Source: Candidatus Binatia bacterium
GTDB taxonomy: Bacteria; Desulfobacterota; Binatia; UBA9968; JAJDTQ01
DNA: 64,000 nt
Direction: 5' to 3'
Assembly: GCA_963666515.2 (NCBI GenBank)
Contig: OY762897.2
Coordinates: 1,312,001 to 1,376,000 of the forward strand
Shown one piece after another: positions 1-9,649 of this stretch (its first letter is position 1; every line of letters begins with the position of its first letter). The translations under genes and the position numbers were made by a program. Under the pieces are notes generated by a model. That model was not told the DNA's origin, did no database searches, and was given only the letters and a program-made list of their open reading frames with translations.

Positions 1-439
1 ACATGGCTGTGTGGCCGGTATCAGGCTGTCCGCGGGTCAGTAACCGGAAACACTCCAGCGCCGGGTCGCGCTCCGGGGCCAGCCGCAACGGCAACAACCA
101 GCGGAGCCAAGTGTCAATATCCGCTCGGATCTGATGTCGGGCCTCCGGCAAATCAAGCACTTGGAGAGCAATCAAGGCATCGCCGATTCGCTTGCCATAG
201 ACCGGAAAACCGAGACGCTTCACCTGCACCGGATAGTGCCCGCGCATGTCGAGCAGCCAGGATAGGAGCGCCTTGTCAAGCTCGGCACGCTCGCTGGCGA
301 GATGCTGCGGGAAGGCCTGATACAACAAATCCGGCACGTCGAGGCGTAAGCTGGAAGCGACGCCCGCGCGTCCGCTGAATAGGTCGGCGACAGCCTGTTC
401 GGGGTCACCGCGAAACGCCTCGAACCAGCGATCGATCAT
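1..439 (-). CDS. Hypothetical protein, N-terminal part (runs off the window edge)
   Basis: ATG at 439 overlaps the TGA of the upstream gene (ATGA coupling). My translation is open to position 1: MIDRWFEAFRGDPEQAVADLFSGRAG...; not in the ORF track. Confidence 0.75.
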   Translation of the reverse strand, partial: MIDRWFEAFRGDPEQAVADLFSGRAGVASSLRLDVPDLLYQAFPQHLASERAELDKALLSWLLDMRGHYPVQVKRLGFPVYGKRIGDALIALQVLDLPEARHQIRADIDTWLRWLLPLRLAPERDPALECFRLLTRGQPDTGHTAM

Positions 440-1497
440 AGCCGCCCCTCAAGAAATTCGCCAAAATGCTCGCGTCCGCACTCCACTTGCAACGTAATAA
501 GGTGCAGGTCGCGCGCCTCACGCAGTTGTTCATCAGTCAGGCGGCGGGGGTCCCTGATCCAACCCAGCCGCCACAAGTGCTCGCGCTGGTAGTCGATTCG
601 GCAATGGACCAGTTCGGCGGTAAGCGTGTCGGCCGAGTCGGGCGACAGGTGCACGGTAGCGCCGTATGGATGCTCCCGCGGGACCGGAAAGAAGAACTCG
701 TGCATGCCATTGTCGAGGACGGTGGGCATTGCGCAGGCGGCGGACCCTTCCCGATGGGCCGAAAAGACCTCCGCGAGGGGGTAGCGCATCAACGCGACTG
801 CGAGCGGGGCACCACCGGCGAGCCCGTAGTGCCCAAGCCCGAGCCGGTCGCGGAGCGCGTGGGGCCAATCTACGTCGTCCGCTTCTTGTTTCACCTCGTC
901 ATAGAAGGCGACAAAGGCGGGCCGGGCGTCCCGGCGCTGATTCCATGTATCGAAGAATATCTGGACTACCCGGAGCGCATCGGAAACGCCGTTGTCCGCC
1001 TGTTGCAGCAGTCCGTCCAAATCCTCGAGTAACAGGCCGCTGGTCTGTAGTGGTTGGGTGAGGGCCTCGATACGGACCACGGACTGGTTGTCGGAGAGAT
1101 CGTCGAGCCAAGCGTCCTTATTGATGTCGAGAAAAGCATCGGGCAAGTTGAGGCTTGAGACATTGTAGTACCGCTCCAAATGCAGCCGATTGGTTTCGCT
1201 CCAGTCCTGCCACTGAATCCCATCGGCACCGGCTGTCACTTCTGCAAGCAGGTCATCAAACCGTTGCCACCGGGCAACGCCTGCCCGCTCGTCAAAGCGG
1301 CAATTGTCAGCCACGGCAGCCACGACGGTGTCGGTGGAGCGGCTGTGATGCTGTAGGAAGTCCTTGTGAATAGTCACCCTTCCGTTCCTGTTGGCAACAT
1401 CTTCAAGCGTTACCGGCAAATATACGCCCGCACATTGCGTAGTGAAAGGGACATCCTGGCTTTGGTTTGACAGGAACACGGACCAAAAACAATTCAA
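436..1497 (-). CDS. Hypothetical protein (~310-350 aa, true start probably downstream of 1497)
   Basis: Long protein-like ORF, lower GC than the backbone, coupled to the next gene; no family recognised. Confidence 0.75.
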   Translation of the reverse strand: MNCFWSVFLSNQSQDVPFTTQCAGVYLPVTLEDVANRNGRVTIHKDFLQHHSRSTDTVVAAVADNCRFDERAGVARWQRFDDLLAEVTAGADGIQWQDWSETNRLHLERYYNVSSLNLPDAFLDINKDAWLDDLSDNQSVVRIEALTQPLQTSGLLLEDLDGLLQQADNGVSDALRVVQIFFDTWNQRRDARPAFVAFYDEVKQEADDVDWPHALRDRLGLGHYGLAGGAPLAVALMRYPLAEVFSAHREGSAACAMPTVLDNGMHEFFFPVPREHPYGATVHLSPDSADTLTAELVHCRIDYQREHLWRLGWIRDPRRLTDEQLREARDLHLITLQVECGREHFGEFLEGRL

Positions 1498-1564
1498 AAC
1501 GGCATTCGGGTCTCCTTGCCACGGTGCCCAAGTGAGGTGGTCATGGTGTAACGCTATCGGGCGC

Positions 1565-1999
1565 TTACCGGCTGAGCATGTAGTCGATGGAAAGCGCTCC
1601 GGCGCCGCCCACCAGAATCGTCAGCGCCATCAGGAAGAGGGCGAGGCAGTACTCGATGCCCATACCCTTGCGGCCGCCGCCGGAGAGGAAGAAGCCGTGC
1701 TCCCAGTGGCTTGCCCAGATGGCCACGGCCAGAAAGATCATCAGCCCCAAGGCCAGCGGACGGACGGCAAAGCCCAGGATCATCGCCGGCACGCTGAGGA
1801 TTTCCGTGAAGACCCCGACGACCCCGATCCAGATGGGGATACGGTATCGCTCTTTCCAGTTGCCCACTTGGCCCATGAGGCCTCGTCCTCCCATCCACCC
1901 GAACAGATGCTGGGTCCCGTGGGCGAAGAAGGTCACGGCCAGCCCCAGCCGCAGGACGATGAAGGCCAGATTCGGTTCCGTTTGAAAGATCGCGTTCAT
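1565..1999 (-). CDS. DoxX family membrane protein
   Basis: LRLGLAVTFFAHG..LFG and G.EY.LAL...GAG.LSID motifs; four hydrophobic segments. Confidence 0.9.
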   Translation of the reverse strand: MNAIFQTEPNLAFIVLRLGLAVTFFAHGTQHLFGWMGGRGLMGQVGNWKERYRIPIWIGVVGVFTEILSVPAMILGFAVRPLALGLMIFLAVAIWASHWEHGFFLSGGGRKGMGIEYCLALFLMALTILVGGAGALSIDYMLSR

Positions 2000-2799
2000 G
2001 CCAGAAACCTCCGTATGGCGGCGTGGGCCGCGTCGGGATTGACGAAAAAATAGCTGTGCTTCTCGCCCTTCAGCTCTACGAAGTCCGCGCCGGGGATCTC
2101 CGCGGCCAGCACGTCCGCGGCCTGCCGCAACGAAGTGTCGCTGGTGACGTGGTGCTCCTCCGCGCCCACCAGGATCAGCGTGGGCACATCAATGTCCTTC
2201 AGCCGGTCCTTGAGGTCGTGCTGCTGGCGCGCGATGACGTGGCGGAAGTACTGCTCCACCGGGTTGAGATGCGCCATCCGCACCGCCAGGTACCCCTCCA
2301 CCCGCTGGGGATACCGCTTGATGAACTCATCGGTGAAACCCACGGTGACGCCGTGGTCCCGCACGTACCGCTCGTAACCCCACTCCACCATCTCCTTGGC
2401 GATGCGCAACGGGATGTCCTTGGTGGAGGGGTAGAAACCGCGGCCTGACGCGCAGATCAGCGCGGAGACCCGGTCGGCGTGGTCCAGCGCCATCACCTGG
2501 GCCACGGACCCGCCCATGGAGTGGCCGCAGACCACGGCGTCCCGGGCGCCGACGTGCTCCAGCACAGCGGCAGCGTCGTCGGCGAAATCCTTGACGCTGT
2601 ACGGCTCCGACGGCCAGTCCGAGCGGCCGGTGCCGCGGTAGTCGCACAGGATCACCTGGTGGTCGCGGGAGAAGGCCGGCACCTGGTGGAGCTTCCAGAC
2701 GTCGCAGTGGCACGCGGTCTCGCTCAGGAACAGTAGCGGGCGGCCGTTGCCGTGGGTCTCGTAGTAGAGCTTCGTTCCTTCCCTGTCGATGAAGGGCAT
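1996..2799 (-). CDS. Alpha/beta fold hydrolase
   Basis: DYRGTGRS, GHSMGG nucleophile elbow, C-terminal His. Confidence 0.92.
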   Translation of the reverse strand: MPFIDREGTKLYYETHGNGRPLLFLSETACHCDVWKLHQVPAFSRDHQVILCDYRGTGRSDWPSEPYSVKDFADDAAAVLEHVGARDAVVCGHSMGGSVAQVMALDHADRVSALICASGRGFYPSTKDIPLRIAKEMVEWGYERYVRDHGVTVGFTDEFIKRYPQRVEGYLAVRMAHLNPVEQYFRHVIARQQHDLKDRLKDIDVPTLILVGAEEHHVTSDTSLRQAADVLAAEIPGADFVELKGEKHSYFFVNPDAAHAAIRRFLA

Positions 2800-2844
2800 G
2801 GTTGCGTCTCGGCGCCCGCGACTCGCAAGCGCTGAAGGATGTCG

Positions 2845-4293
2845 CTATCGCTCCCGCACCGGATAGCTCATGGGCGCCACGTCGTCGATGGTCTCGCCCA
2901 GCGCGCGCCATTCCGGAACCGAGTCCCACAGCGGCTGGGCGCCTTCCTGGATCTCAGCCAGCAACCCGGCTTCGTCGAAACGCGTGGGACGGCCGTCCTC
3001 CAGCAGCGTCTCCCCGTCCACGATGATGGTCTCGACGTCGCTGCCGCTGCCGCCTTCCACGAATGACTTGATGGGGTCGCGCACGGCGCCGAAGTGGGTG
3101 CGGCGCAGGTCCACCATGATCATGTCGGCCTTGGCGCCGGGCGCCAGCCGTCCCAGGTCGTCGCGCCGCAAGGCCTTGGCGGCGCCCAGGGTGGCGGCGT
3201 TGTACACGTCGTAAGGCTTGCCGGCGCGGAAGCTTCCTTCCACGAGGCGGCAGGCGAGTCCGGCCAGGCGCATCTCGTGCACCATGTCCTGCGGGAAGGT
3301 GTCCGTCCCCAGCACCACGTTGATGCCGCGCCTGCGGTATTCGTCGAAGGATTCCAGCGCGATGCCCATCTTGGCGTACTTGTAAGGGGCGTGGGCCACG
3401 GAGGCGCCGCTGTCCGCCAGCATTGAGAGGTCGTCGGTGTAGGGGTAGTGGCTCCAGGAGTGCCGGTTGTGGAAGACGCAGTGGCCCAGGATCACTTCCT
3501 CGCCCAGGAAGCCCAGGTCGTGAAGGTACTGGATCGGCGTCACCCCGCGCTGCCGCAGGGTCGACTGGAACTCCAGTGGGTTCATGGCGGTGTGGAGCTG
3601 GATGCCGATGCCGAGTTCTCCTGCGGCGCGCTTGGTGGCCTGGAGCAGCTCGGGCGTACAGGTGTCCAGTTGTCCGGGATACAGCATGGCGCGGACGCGG
3701 CCGTTGTGCGCGCCGTCGTGCTGCTTCGCGTACTCCAGGGCCTGTGCCAGCCCCTGCTCTCCGTTGGCCTCGTTCCAGTCCCACTGAATGCGGCCCTGGT
3801 CGTCGAGCACGTAGGCTGCGCTCCGGTAGCCGGCGCCGAGGTAGGCGCGCACTCCCAGCTCGCCGATCATCTCCGTGAAACCCTCGATCATGGTCCCGCG
3901 GGTGCCCACGTCCAGGATGGTGGTGGCGCCGCCGCGCATGGCGGCCCACACGCCGAACTTCCCCTCGACCCCGGCCCGTGGCGGCGGCCCCATGCCCTTG
4001 GCGCCGCGCCGCATGGCGCCGTAGGAAAGGAAGTTCATGCCGAGGTAGTCAGCCTTGCTGGCGTCGTTCAGCATGACGTGGCGGGCGTTGGTGCCGGCGT
4101 GGATGTGGCAGTTGATCAGGCCTGGGCCGATGAGCCGGCCGCGCGCGTCAATGGTACGGTCTACCGGCCCGTCGAATTCGTAGCCGACGTGGACGATGCG
4201 GTCGTCCTCGTAGACCACCACGCCGTCCGGCAGCAGGTCATGGCCGCGGCCGTCGAAACCGACCACCCAGCCGCCGTGGATGAGTGTTTTCAT
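2845..4293 (-). CDS. Amidohydrolase / chlorohydrolase (cytosine deaminase-like) family protein
   Basis: PGLINCHIH metal motif, LGTD, G.LAPGAKAD. Confidence 0.9.
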   Translation of the reverse strand: MKTLIHGGWVVGFDGRGHDLLPDGVVVYEDDRIVHVGYEFDGPVDRTIDARGRLIGPGLINCHIHAGTNARHVMLNDASKADYLGMNFLSYGAMRRGAKGMGPPPRAGVEGKFGVWAAMRGGATTILDVGTRGTMIEGFTEMIGELGVRAYLGAGYRSAAYVLDDQGRIQWDWNEANGEQGLAQALEYAKQHDGAHNGRVRAMLYPGQLDTCTPELLQATKRAAGELGIGIQLHTAMNPLEFQSTLRQRGVTPIQYLHDLGFLGEEVILGHCVFHNRHSWSHYPYTDDLSMLADSGASVAHAPYKYAKMGIALESFDEYRRRGINVVLGTDTFPQDMVHEMRLAGLACRLVEGSFRAGKPYDVYNAATLGAAKALRRDDLGRLAPGAKADMIMVDLRRTHFGAVRDPIKSFVEGGSGSDVETIIVDGETLLEDGRPTRFDEAGLLAEIQEGAQPLWDSVPEWRALGETIDDVAPMSYPVRER

Positions 4294-4396
4294 GTTCGTT
4301 TACCTCGACCGGAACGTCTCCGGCATGGTTGCCGTCTACTCGAAAGGTGCGCAGACTGTCAATCGAACCGCCGGGGGCGACCCGCGGTCGCCCTTG

Positions 4397-6583
4397 TCAA
4401 ATTCCTTCTGCCAGCCGGGCGCGGAGGTTCGTGAGGCGGCGGGTGGAGCGGACGTTCTTCACCGCCATGGCCAGCGCCCGGGGTTGGCCGATGATGACCA
4501 CCAGGCGCTTGCCCCGGGTCACCGCGGTGTAGAGCAGGTTGCGTTGCAGCAGCAGGTAGTGCTGCATGGCCAGGGGAATGACCACCGCGGGGTACTCCGA
4601 GCCCTGGCTCTTGTGCACCGAGGTGGCGTAGGCCAGGGAAATCTCGTCCAGCTCGCCCAGGTCGTAGGGCACCGTCCGGTCGTCGAAGGCCACGTGGACC
4701 TGCCCCTCGTCGAGGTCGACACAGGATACTTGCCCGATGTCGCCGTTGAACACGTCCTTGTCGTAGTCGTTGACGGTCTGGATGATCTTGTCCCGCGGCG
4801 CATAGGTCCAGCCGAAACGGCTGACCTGCGGTTCCGCGCCGGCGTTGAGACGTTTCTGCAATTCCACGTTCAGCGAGCGAGTGCCCAGGCTGCCCCGGTT
4901 CATGGGCGTCAGCACCTGGATGTCCCGGATGGGATTCATGCCGAAGCGCCTGGGGATGCGTTCGGTCACCACCTGGAAGAGCTTGTCGTAGATGTCCTCG
5001 GGGGATTCCGCGGGAATGAAGTAGAAGTCCTGCAGCCCGTCGCCGTCGGGGGTCTCGATGGGCTGGCCGGCGTTGATGCGGTGGGCGTTGACCACGATGC
5101 TGGAGGAGGCCGCCTGCCGGAAAATTTCCGTGAGCCGCACCGTCGGTACCTGCTCCGACTCGATGACGTCCTGCAGCACCGCCCCCGGGCCGACCGAGGG
5201 GAGCTGGTCCACGTCGCCCACCAGCAGCACCGCGGCGTGGGAAGGCACCGCCTTCAGCAGGTGGTTCATCAGCAGGACATCCACCATCGAGACCTCGTCG
5301 ACGATCAACAGGTCCACGTCCAGGGGATCGGCCTCGTCCTTGCGGAAACCCGCCTGCCTGGGGTCGAACTCCAGCAGCCGGTGGATGGTCCTGGCCTCGG
5401 CCCCGGCGGACTCGGAAAGCCGTTTGGCCGCGCGTCCGGTGGGCGCGCACAGCAGCACCTTGCCGCCGCGTCCCTCCACCAGTTTCAGGATGCTGTTGAC
5501 GATGGTGGTCTTCCCGACCCCCGGCCCTCCGGTCAATACCGTGACCTTGCCCTTCAGCACGGTGTCCGCGGCTTCACGCTGGGACTCCGAAAGGCTCAAG
5601 CCGGTGACGGCCTCCACCCACGGTATGGCGCGTCCGCCGTCGATGGCGCCCCAGGGCGGCGGCCCCCTGAGCAACCGCCGGAGGTGGCCGGCCACGCCGA
5701 TCTCGGCACGGTGCAGCGGAGTCAGGAACAGCGCCGGCTCGCCGCCCAGCGTCTCCGCCACCAGGTTTTCGGCCGCCACCTCGAGCCCGATGGCCTGTTC
5801 GACCATCTCGGCGGAGACCTCGATCCGTTCCGCGGTGCGTTCCACCAGCTCGCGCCTTTCCGCCGCGCAATGCCCTTCCGCCGAGCGTTCCCACAGCACG
5901 TGGTGCAGGGCCGCCCGTATGCGGATGAGCGAATCGGGCGGGATGCCGAGCTTGCCGGCGATGACGTCCGCGGTGAGGAAGCCGATGCCGGTGATGTCCT
6001 GGGCCAAGCGGTAGGGGTTCTCGCGGATCCGCTCGATGGCCTGGTCCCCGTACACCCGGTAGATGCGGGCCGCCCGGGCGCTGCCGATCCCGTGGGAATG
6101 CAGGAAGACCATGATCTCCCGGATGGCCTTCTGCTCGCGCCATGCCTCGGTGACCCGCGCCTGCCGTTTGGCGCCGATGCCTTCCAGCGTCAGAAGGCGT
6201 TCCGGGTCTTGCTCGATCACCTCGAACACGTCGCCGCCGAAGGCCTTGACGAGCTGGTGCGCGAAATGCGGGCCGATGCCCTTGATGAGACCCGAGCCGA
6301 GGTACTTCTCGACCCCTTCGAGGGTCGTCGGCGGGATGACCCTCAGCGTGGAGGCGCGGAACTGGAGGCCGTAGGCGGCGTCGTTGACCCACCCGCCGCG
6401 GCAGTCCACCTGTTCACCGGGGTTGATGGCGGCTGCGTTGCCCACCACCGTCACCAGGTCGCGGGCGCCGCGCGCCTTGACCTGGAGCACGCAGAAGCCC
6501 GTGTCCTCGCTGTGGAAGGTGACCCGCTCCACGTGCCCCTGCAGAGGCTCTTCCGGGGCCGCCGGTTGCTTGAGGGCTCTCAC
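4397..6583 (-). CDS. recD2: ATP-dependent RecD-like DNA helicase
   Basis: N-terminal OB/HhH region (GIGP, GIGA, NPYRL, GIGFLTAD), GGPGVGKT, DEVSM, GDVDQLPSVGPG, SVHKSQGSEY, LYTAVTRGK. Confidence 0.95.
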   Translation of the reverse strand: MRALKQPAAPEEPLQGHVERVTFHSEDTGFCVLQVKARGARDLVTVVGNAAAINPGEQVDCRGGWVNDAAYGLQFRASTLRVIPPTTLEGVEKYLGSGLIKGIGPHFAHQLVKAFGGDVFEVIEQDPERLLTLEGIGAKRQARVTEAWREQKAIREIMVFLHSHGIGSARAARIYRVYGDQAIERIRENPYRLAQDITGIGFLTADVIAGKLGIPPDSLIRIRAALHHVLWERSAEGHCAAERRELVERTAERIEVSAEMVEQAIGLEVAAENLVAETLGGEPALFLTPLHRAEIGVAGHLRRLLRGPPPWGAIDGGRAIPWVEAVTGLSLSESQREAADTVLKGKVTVLTGGPGVGKTTIVNSILKLVEGRGGKVLLCAPTGRAAKRLSESAGAEARTIHRLLEFDPRQAGFRKDEADPLDVDLLIVDEVSMVDVLLMNHLLKAVPSHAAVLLVGDVDQLPSVGPGAVLQDVIESEQVPTVRLTEIFRQAASSSIVVNAHRINAGQPIETPDGDGLQDFYFIPAESPEDIYDKLFQVVTERIPRRFGMNPIRDIQVLTPMNRGSLGTRSLNVELQKRLNAGAEPQVSRFGWTYAPRDKIIQTVNDYDKDVFNGDIGQVSCVDLDEGQVHVAFDDRTVPYDLGELDEISLAYATSVHKSQGSEYPAVVIPLAMQHYLLLQRNLLYTAVTRGKRLVVIIGQPRALAMAVKNVRSTRRLTNLRARLAEGI

Positions 6584-9063
6584 TGACCGCCGCCGAACAG
6601 TTTCCGGGCGCGCTCTATGAGGTCCCGGATCGGATCCTTGGCTGCTTCCTGGTCCTCGCCGGCCCCCTTTCCGGTTCCCGGAATGCCGCCGGGAATCAGG
6701 TCCAGCAGCCCCTGCACGCCTCGGCCCACGCTCTTCTCCAGGATGCTTTGAATGAGCTTCAGGCCGGGCCGCAGGCGCACGTCCGGGATGGTTCCCCGAA
6801 TGGTGAAGGGCACTTCCATCTGCCCTTGGGGGTTGGTGAGCGGCGTCAATCGCGAACCCGGCAGCAGGTCGGCGGAGAGGCTCTCAGACACCGTGAGCAC
6901 GCCGTCGAGGTCGGTGACGCCTTCCAGGTCCACCCAGCCCTCTCCGGCGATGCCGTAGTCGCGCGCCTTCAGGGTCACGTGCTCGACCACGACCCTTCCC
7001 CGTGACGCCTTGACCTCCGTGTCCACCCGCTCGAACCTGGTGGTTTCTTCCTTGAAGACGTGCGGATACTTGTCCCTGATGTCGCCGCTGAATATCGACG
7101 TCAGTCCCTGAATGCCCGCAAGGCCCCGCAACGCCCGCTCGGCGAGGTTGAACTTCAGCATCCGACCCTCGACCAGCGCCGCCCTTCCCGTTCCTGCGAG
7201 GGTGGGCCTGATGGCGGCCCAGGTCCGGCCCTGCCCGGTGACGTTGACGTCGGCGTCGAGGGCGCCTTCGATGTCGCGGAACCCGTTGACGCCGGCTAGG
7301 TATTGCTGGACGTCGATGCCTCTCAGACGGGCAGTGACCTCGAAGCGCGGCGATTCGCCTTCAATCTCCATGCCGCCGCTGCCCTCCAGGGCTCCTCCCA
7401 GGGTCTTGAGGCGCAAGGTCTCCATCGCCAGCCGCGACCCGGCGACGCCCAAGCGCGCCGTCAGGTCCGTGACGTCCAGTCCCAGAAGCCTTCCCCTGGC
7501 GGAGCTGAGGCTGCCCTCCCAGGCCAAGCCCCCGGGCCAAGTCAGACGCCCGGAGCCGCGGGCGTCTTCCAGCACGGCATCCTCAGGCTGGAGCCCGAGG
7601 TCCGCCAGCCGGAGGGAAGGGGAGGCGAGCCGGTAAGAGACGGTGAGCGGCGCCAGGCTCTCCAGGGCGACCTTGCCGGCAAGCTGGGTGCGGCCGATGC
7701 GGAACGACAACTGCCGAAACGTCGCGGCGTGGTTGGAGAACTCGACGGCCGCCGAAATCGCTTCCAAAGGCGCCGCCAGCCCCGGCAGCCGCGCAGACGC
7801 GTTCTCCAGCGTCACGGCGCCATGGACGCGCGGAACGGCGCCGCCTCCCAGTTTGCCCGTGACCACGAGCTTTGCCGCGGCGTGGCCGGACAGCGCATAG
7901 TCCGACAGCGCGGGCGCCCACCGGCGCCAGCCGCTCACCTCCGCGCTCGCCGTCTCCAGGCTGAGGTCCAGGGCCGCGGGGCTGCCGAGGTGCAGGTCCC
8001 CGCGGCCCTTGATGACCAGGTCGTCCCAGGTCATCTCGAAGCGCTTGGCGACGATGTCCCCGGGCGTCACGCGCGCGTCGGCCTGAAGCCCCAGCGTGGT
8101 CCCCCGGGGCTTGTTCAGGACGCCGTCATAGGTCAATTCGCTATCCGTCAGGTCCACGGCCCCCGCGATCCGCAGTTCCTTCAGGCTGCCCTTGAGCGAG
8201 AGCCCCCGGCTTTGCACGGTCCCCTTGAGTCCCAGGGCTTCCGGCCAGGCCTTGTCGATCCGGGGAAAGGTCCGCCGCAGGTCGTCCCACGACAGCGTCC
8301 CGACGTCGACGGAGCCGTCCACCGGAACCGCATCGGCCGTCTGCGCCCGCTCCAGCGGCCCGACCAGGCCGTCGAAACGGAGGTTCTGGCGGTCCGACAG
8401 GAACGCCGCGGCCAGCACCGCCTTGAACGGGCGGTCCGTGCGCAGGTCGTCGACGCGCAGGTCCAATTTCCCGAGCCGCACACGCCGCCGTTCCTTGCGG
8501 TCGTGATAGTCGAGGCGGCCCTCCGAGACCTCTACGCGGGCAACCGCCAGCTTCACGCCGACCCACGGGATTCTCCCCGCCCATGACTGCGCGTCGCCCG
8601 ACGGCGGGCCGGAAGCCCAGGCCACACCGGGGCGCCCCTCCGGCCGTCCGGGCCGGCGCCCGGCGACGCTGCGCGCTCTCAATCCGCTGAAGTTGTAGAT
8701 GCCCTGCGGGTTGCGGATGACCCGGATCACCGGCCGGTGAAGCTCCACCCGGGTCACGGAGATTTCACGGCGCAGGGGATGGATGGCGAGGTTCACGCGG
8801 ACGTCCGCCGCCCGGAGGAAATGGCCGGCGCCGAAGGCCGGGTCCTCGGCGATGGAGACATCCTGGATGCGCACGCCGATGCCGCCCCGAAGCTTGACGC
8901 TCATGCGCCGGAAGACGATCTTACGGCCGGTGTGCCGTTCGGCCGCGGCGATGATGCGGTCCTTGTTGGAAGCGATGACCGAGTCGATATTGTAGAGGGC
9001 CCATCCTAGCAATGCGGCAACAACTATAATAAGGACCAACAACGCGATGACCAGTTTGCGCAT
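6580..9063 (-). CDS. AsmA family protein
   Basis: N-terminal TM anchor (MRKLVIALLVLIIVV), beta-rich body, AsmA-like C-terminus (G.G.VDL, VPFTIRGT..D). Confidence 0.8.
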   Translation of the reverse strand: MRKLVIALLVLIIVVAALLGWALYNIDSVIASNKDRIIAAAERHTGRKIVFRRMSVKLRGGIGVRIQDVSIAEDPAFGAGHFLRAADVRVNLAIHPLRREISVTRVELHRPVIRVIRNPQGIYNFSGLRARSVAGRRPGRPEGRPGVAWASGPPSGDAQSWAGRIPWVGVKLAVARVEVSEGRLDYHDRKERRRVRLGKLDLRVDDLRTDRPFKAVLAAAFLSDRQNLRFDGLVGPLERAQTADAVPVDGSVDVGTLSWDDLRRTFPRIDKAWPEALGLKGTVQSRGLSLKGSLKELRIAGAVDLTDSELTYDGVLNKPRGTTLGLQADARVTPGDIVAKRFEMTWDDLVIKGRGDLHLGSPAALDLSLETASAEVSGWRRWAPALSDYALSGHAAAKLVVTGKLGGGAVPRVHGAVTLENASARLPGLAAPLEAISAAVEFSNHAATFRQLSFRIGRTQLAGKVALESLAPLTVSYRLASPSLRLADLGLQPEDAVLEDARGSGRLTWPGGLAWEGSLSSARGRLLGLDVTDLTARLGVAGSRLAMETLRLKTLGGALEGSGGMEIEGESPRFEVTARLRGIDVQQYLAGVNGFRDIEGALDADVNVTGQGRTWAAIRPTLAGTGRAALVEGRMLKFNLAERALRGLAGIQGLTSIFSGDIRDKYPHVFKEETTRFERVDTEVKASRGRVVVEHVTLKARDYGIAGEGWVDLEGVTDLDGVLTVSESLSADLLPGSRLTPLTNPQGQMEVPFTIRGTIPDVRLRPGLKLIQSILEKSVGRGVQGLLDLIPGGIPGTGKGAGEDQEAAKDPIRDLIERARKLFGGGQ

Positions 9064-9178
9064 GGGAGCGTCCGGTTCCGTCAAAGGGAGAACTTACACC
9101 ATCGCGCCGGGGAACTGAAGGTGAGCGGCGCGCGGTCACGAGACGAAGCTCGCGCACCGCGGGGATGGAGGTCCGGTC

Positions 9179-9592
9179 TTGAAGCGATTCGTATCCGAAC
9201 GCAACGTCGAGTTCGCCGACTGCGACTCCGCCGGAATCGTTTTCTACCCCAACTTCTACACCTGGTTCGACCGGGCCACGGAACGCCTGTTCGCCTCCGT
9301 GGGACTGACCTACCGCGAGATGCAGCAGCGGCACGGCGTCATCGGACTGCCGTTGCTGGAGACCGGCGCCAGGTATCTGCGCCCCTGCCGCCACGGCGAA
9401 CGGGTGCGGCTGGAAAGCTGGGTGGATTCGTGGCGCGAGAAGGTGTTCGTGGTGAAGCACCGGATCGAGTGCGAGGAGGAGCTGGCAGTGGAAGGGTACG
9501 AGACGCGGGCGTGGGCGGCTCCGGCCGAGGCCGCGCCGCGTTCCATGCGCGCCGTGCCCATCCCCGAAGCGGTGCGGGAACTCTTCCGGTGA
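9179..9592 (+). CDS. Acyl-CoA thioesterase (4HBT hotdog family)
   Basis: FADCDSAGIVFYPNF..WFD motif. Confidence 0.9.
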   Translation: MKRFVSERNVEFADCDSAGIVFYPNFYTWFDRATERLFASVGLTYREMQQRHGVIGLPLLETGARYLRPCRHGERVRLESWVDSWREKVFVVKHRIECEEELAVEGYETRAWAAPAEAAPRSMRAVPIPEAVRELFR

Positions 9593-9649
9593 GCGCTCTC
9601 GACCGCGGGCGAAACCGGAAACGGCGTTTCCGACCCGGTCTCCGCAGCC

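Noticed and set aside
4280-6586. 768-aa plus-strand ORF, and many similar long antisense or alternate-frame ORFs
   Set aside because: Shadow frames of high-GC genes (here recD2), with no motifs and R/P/G/A-rich composition.
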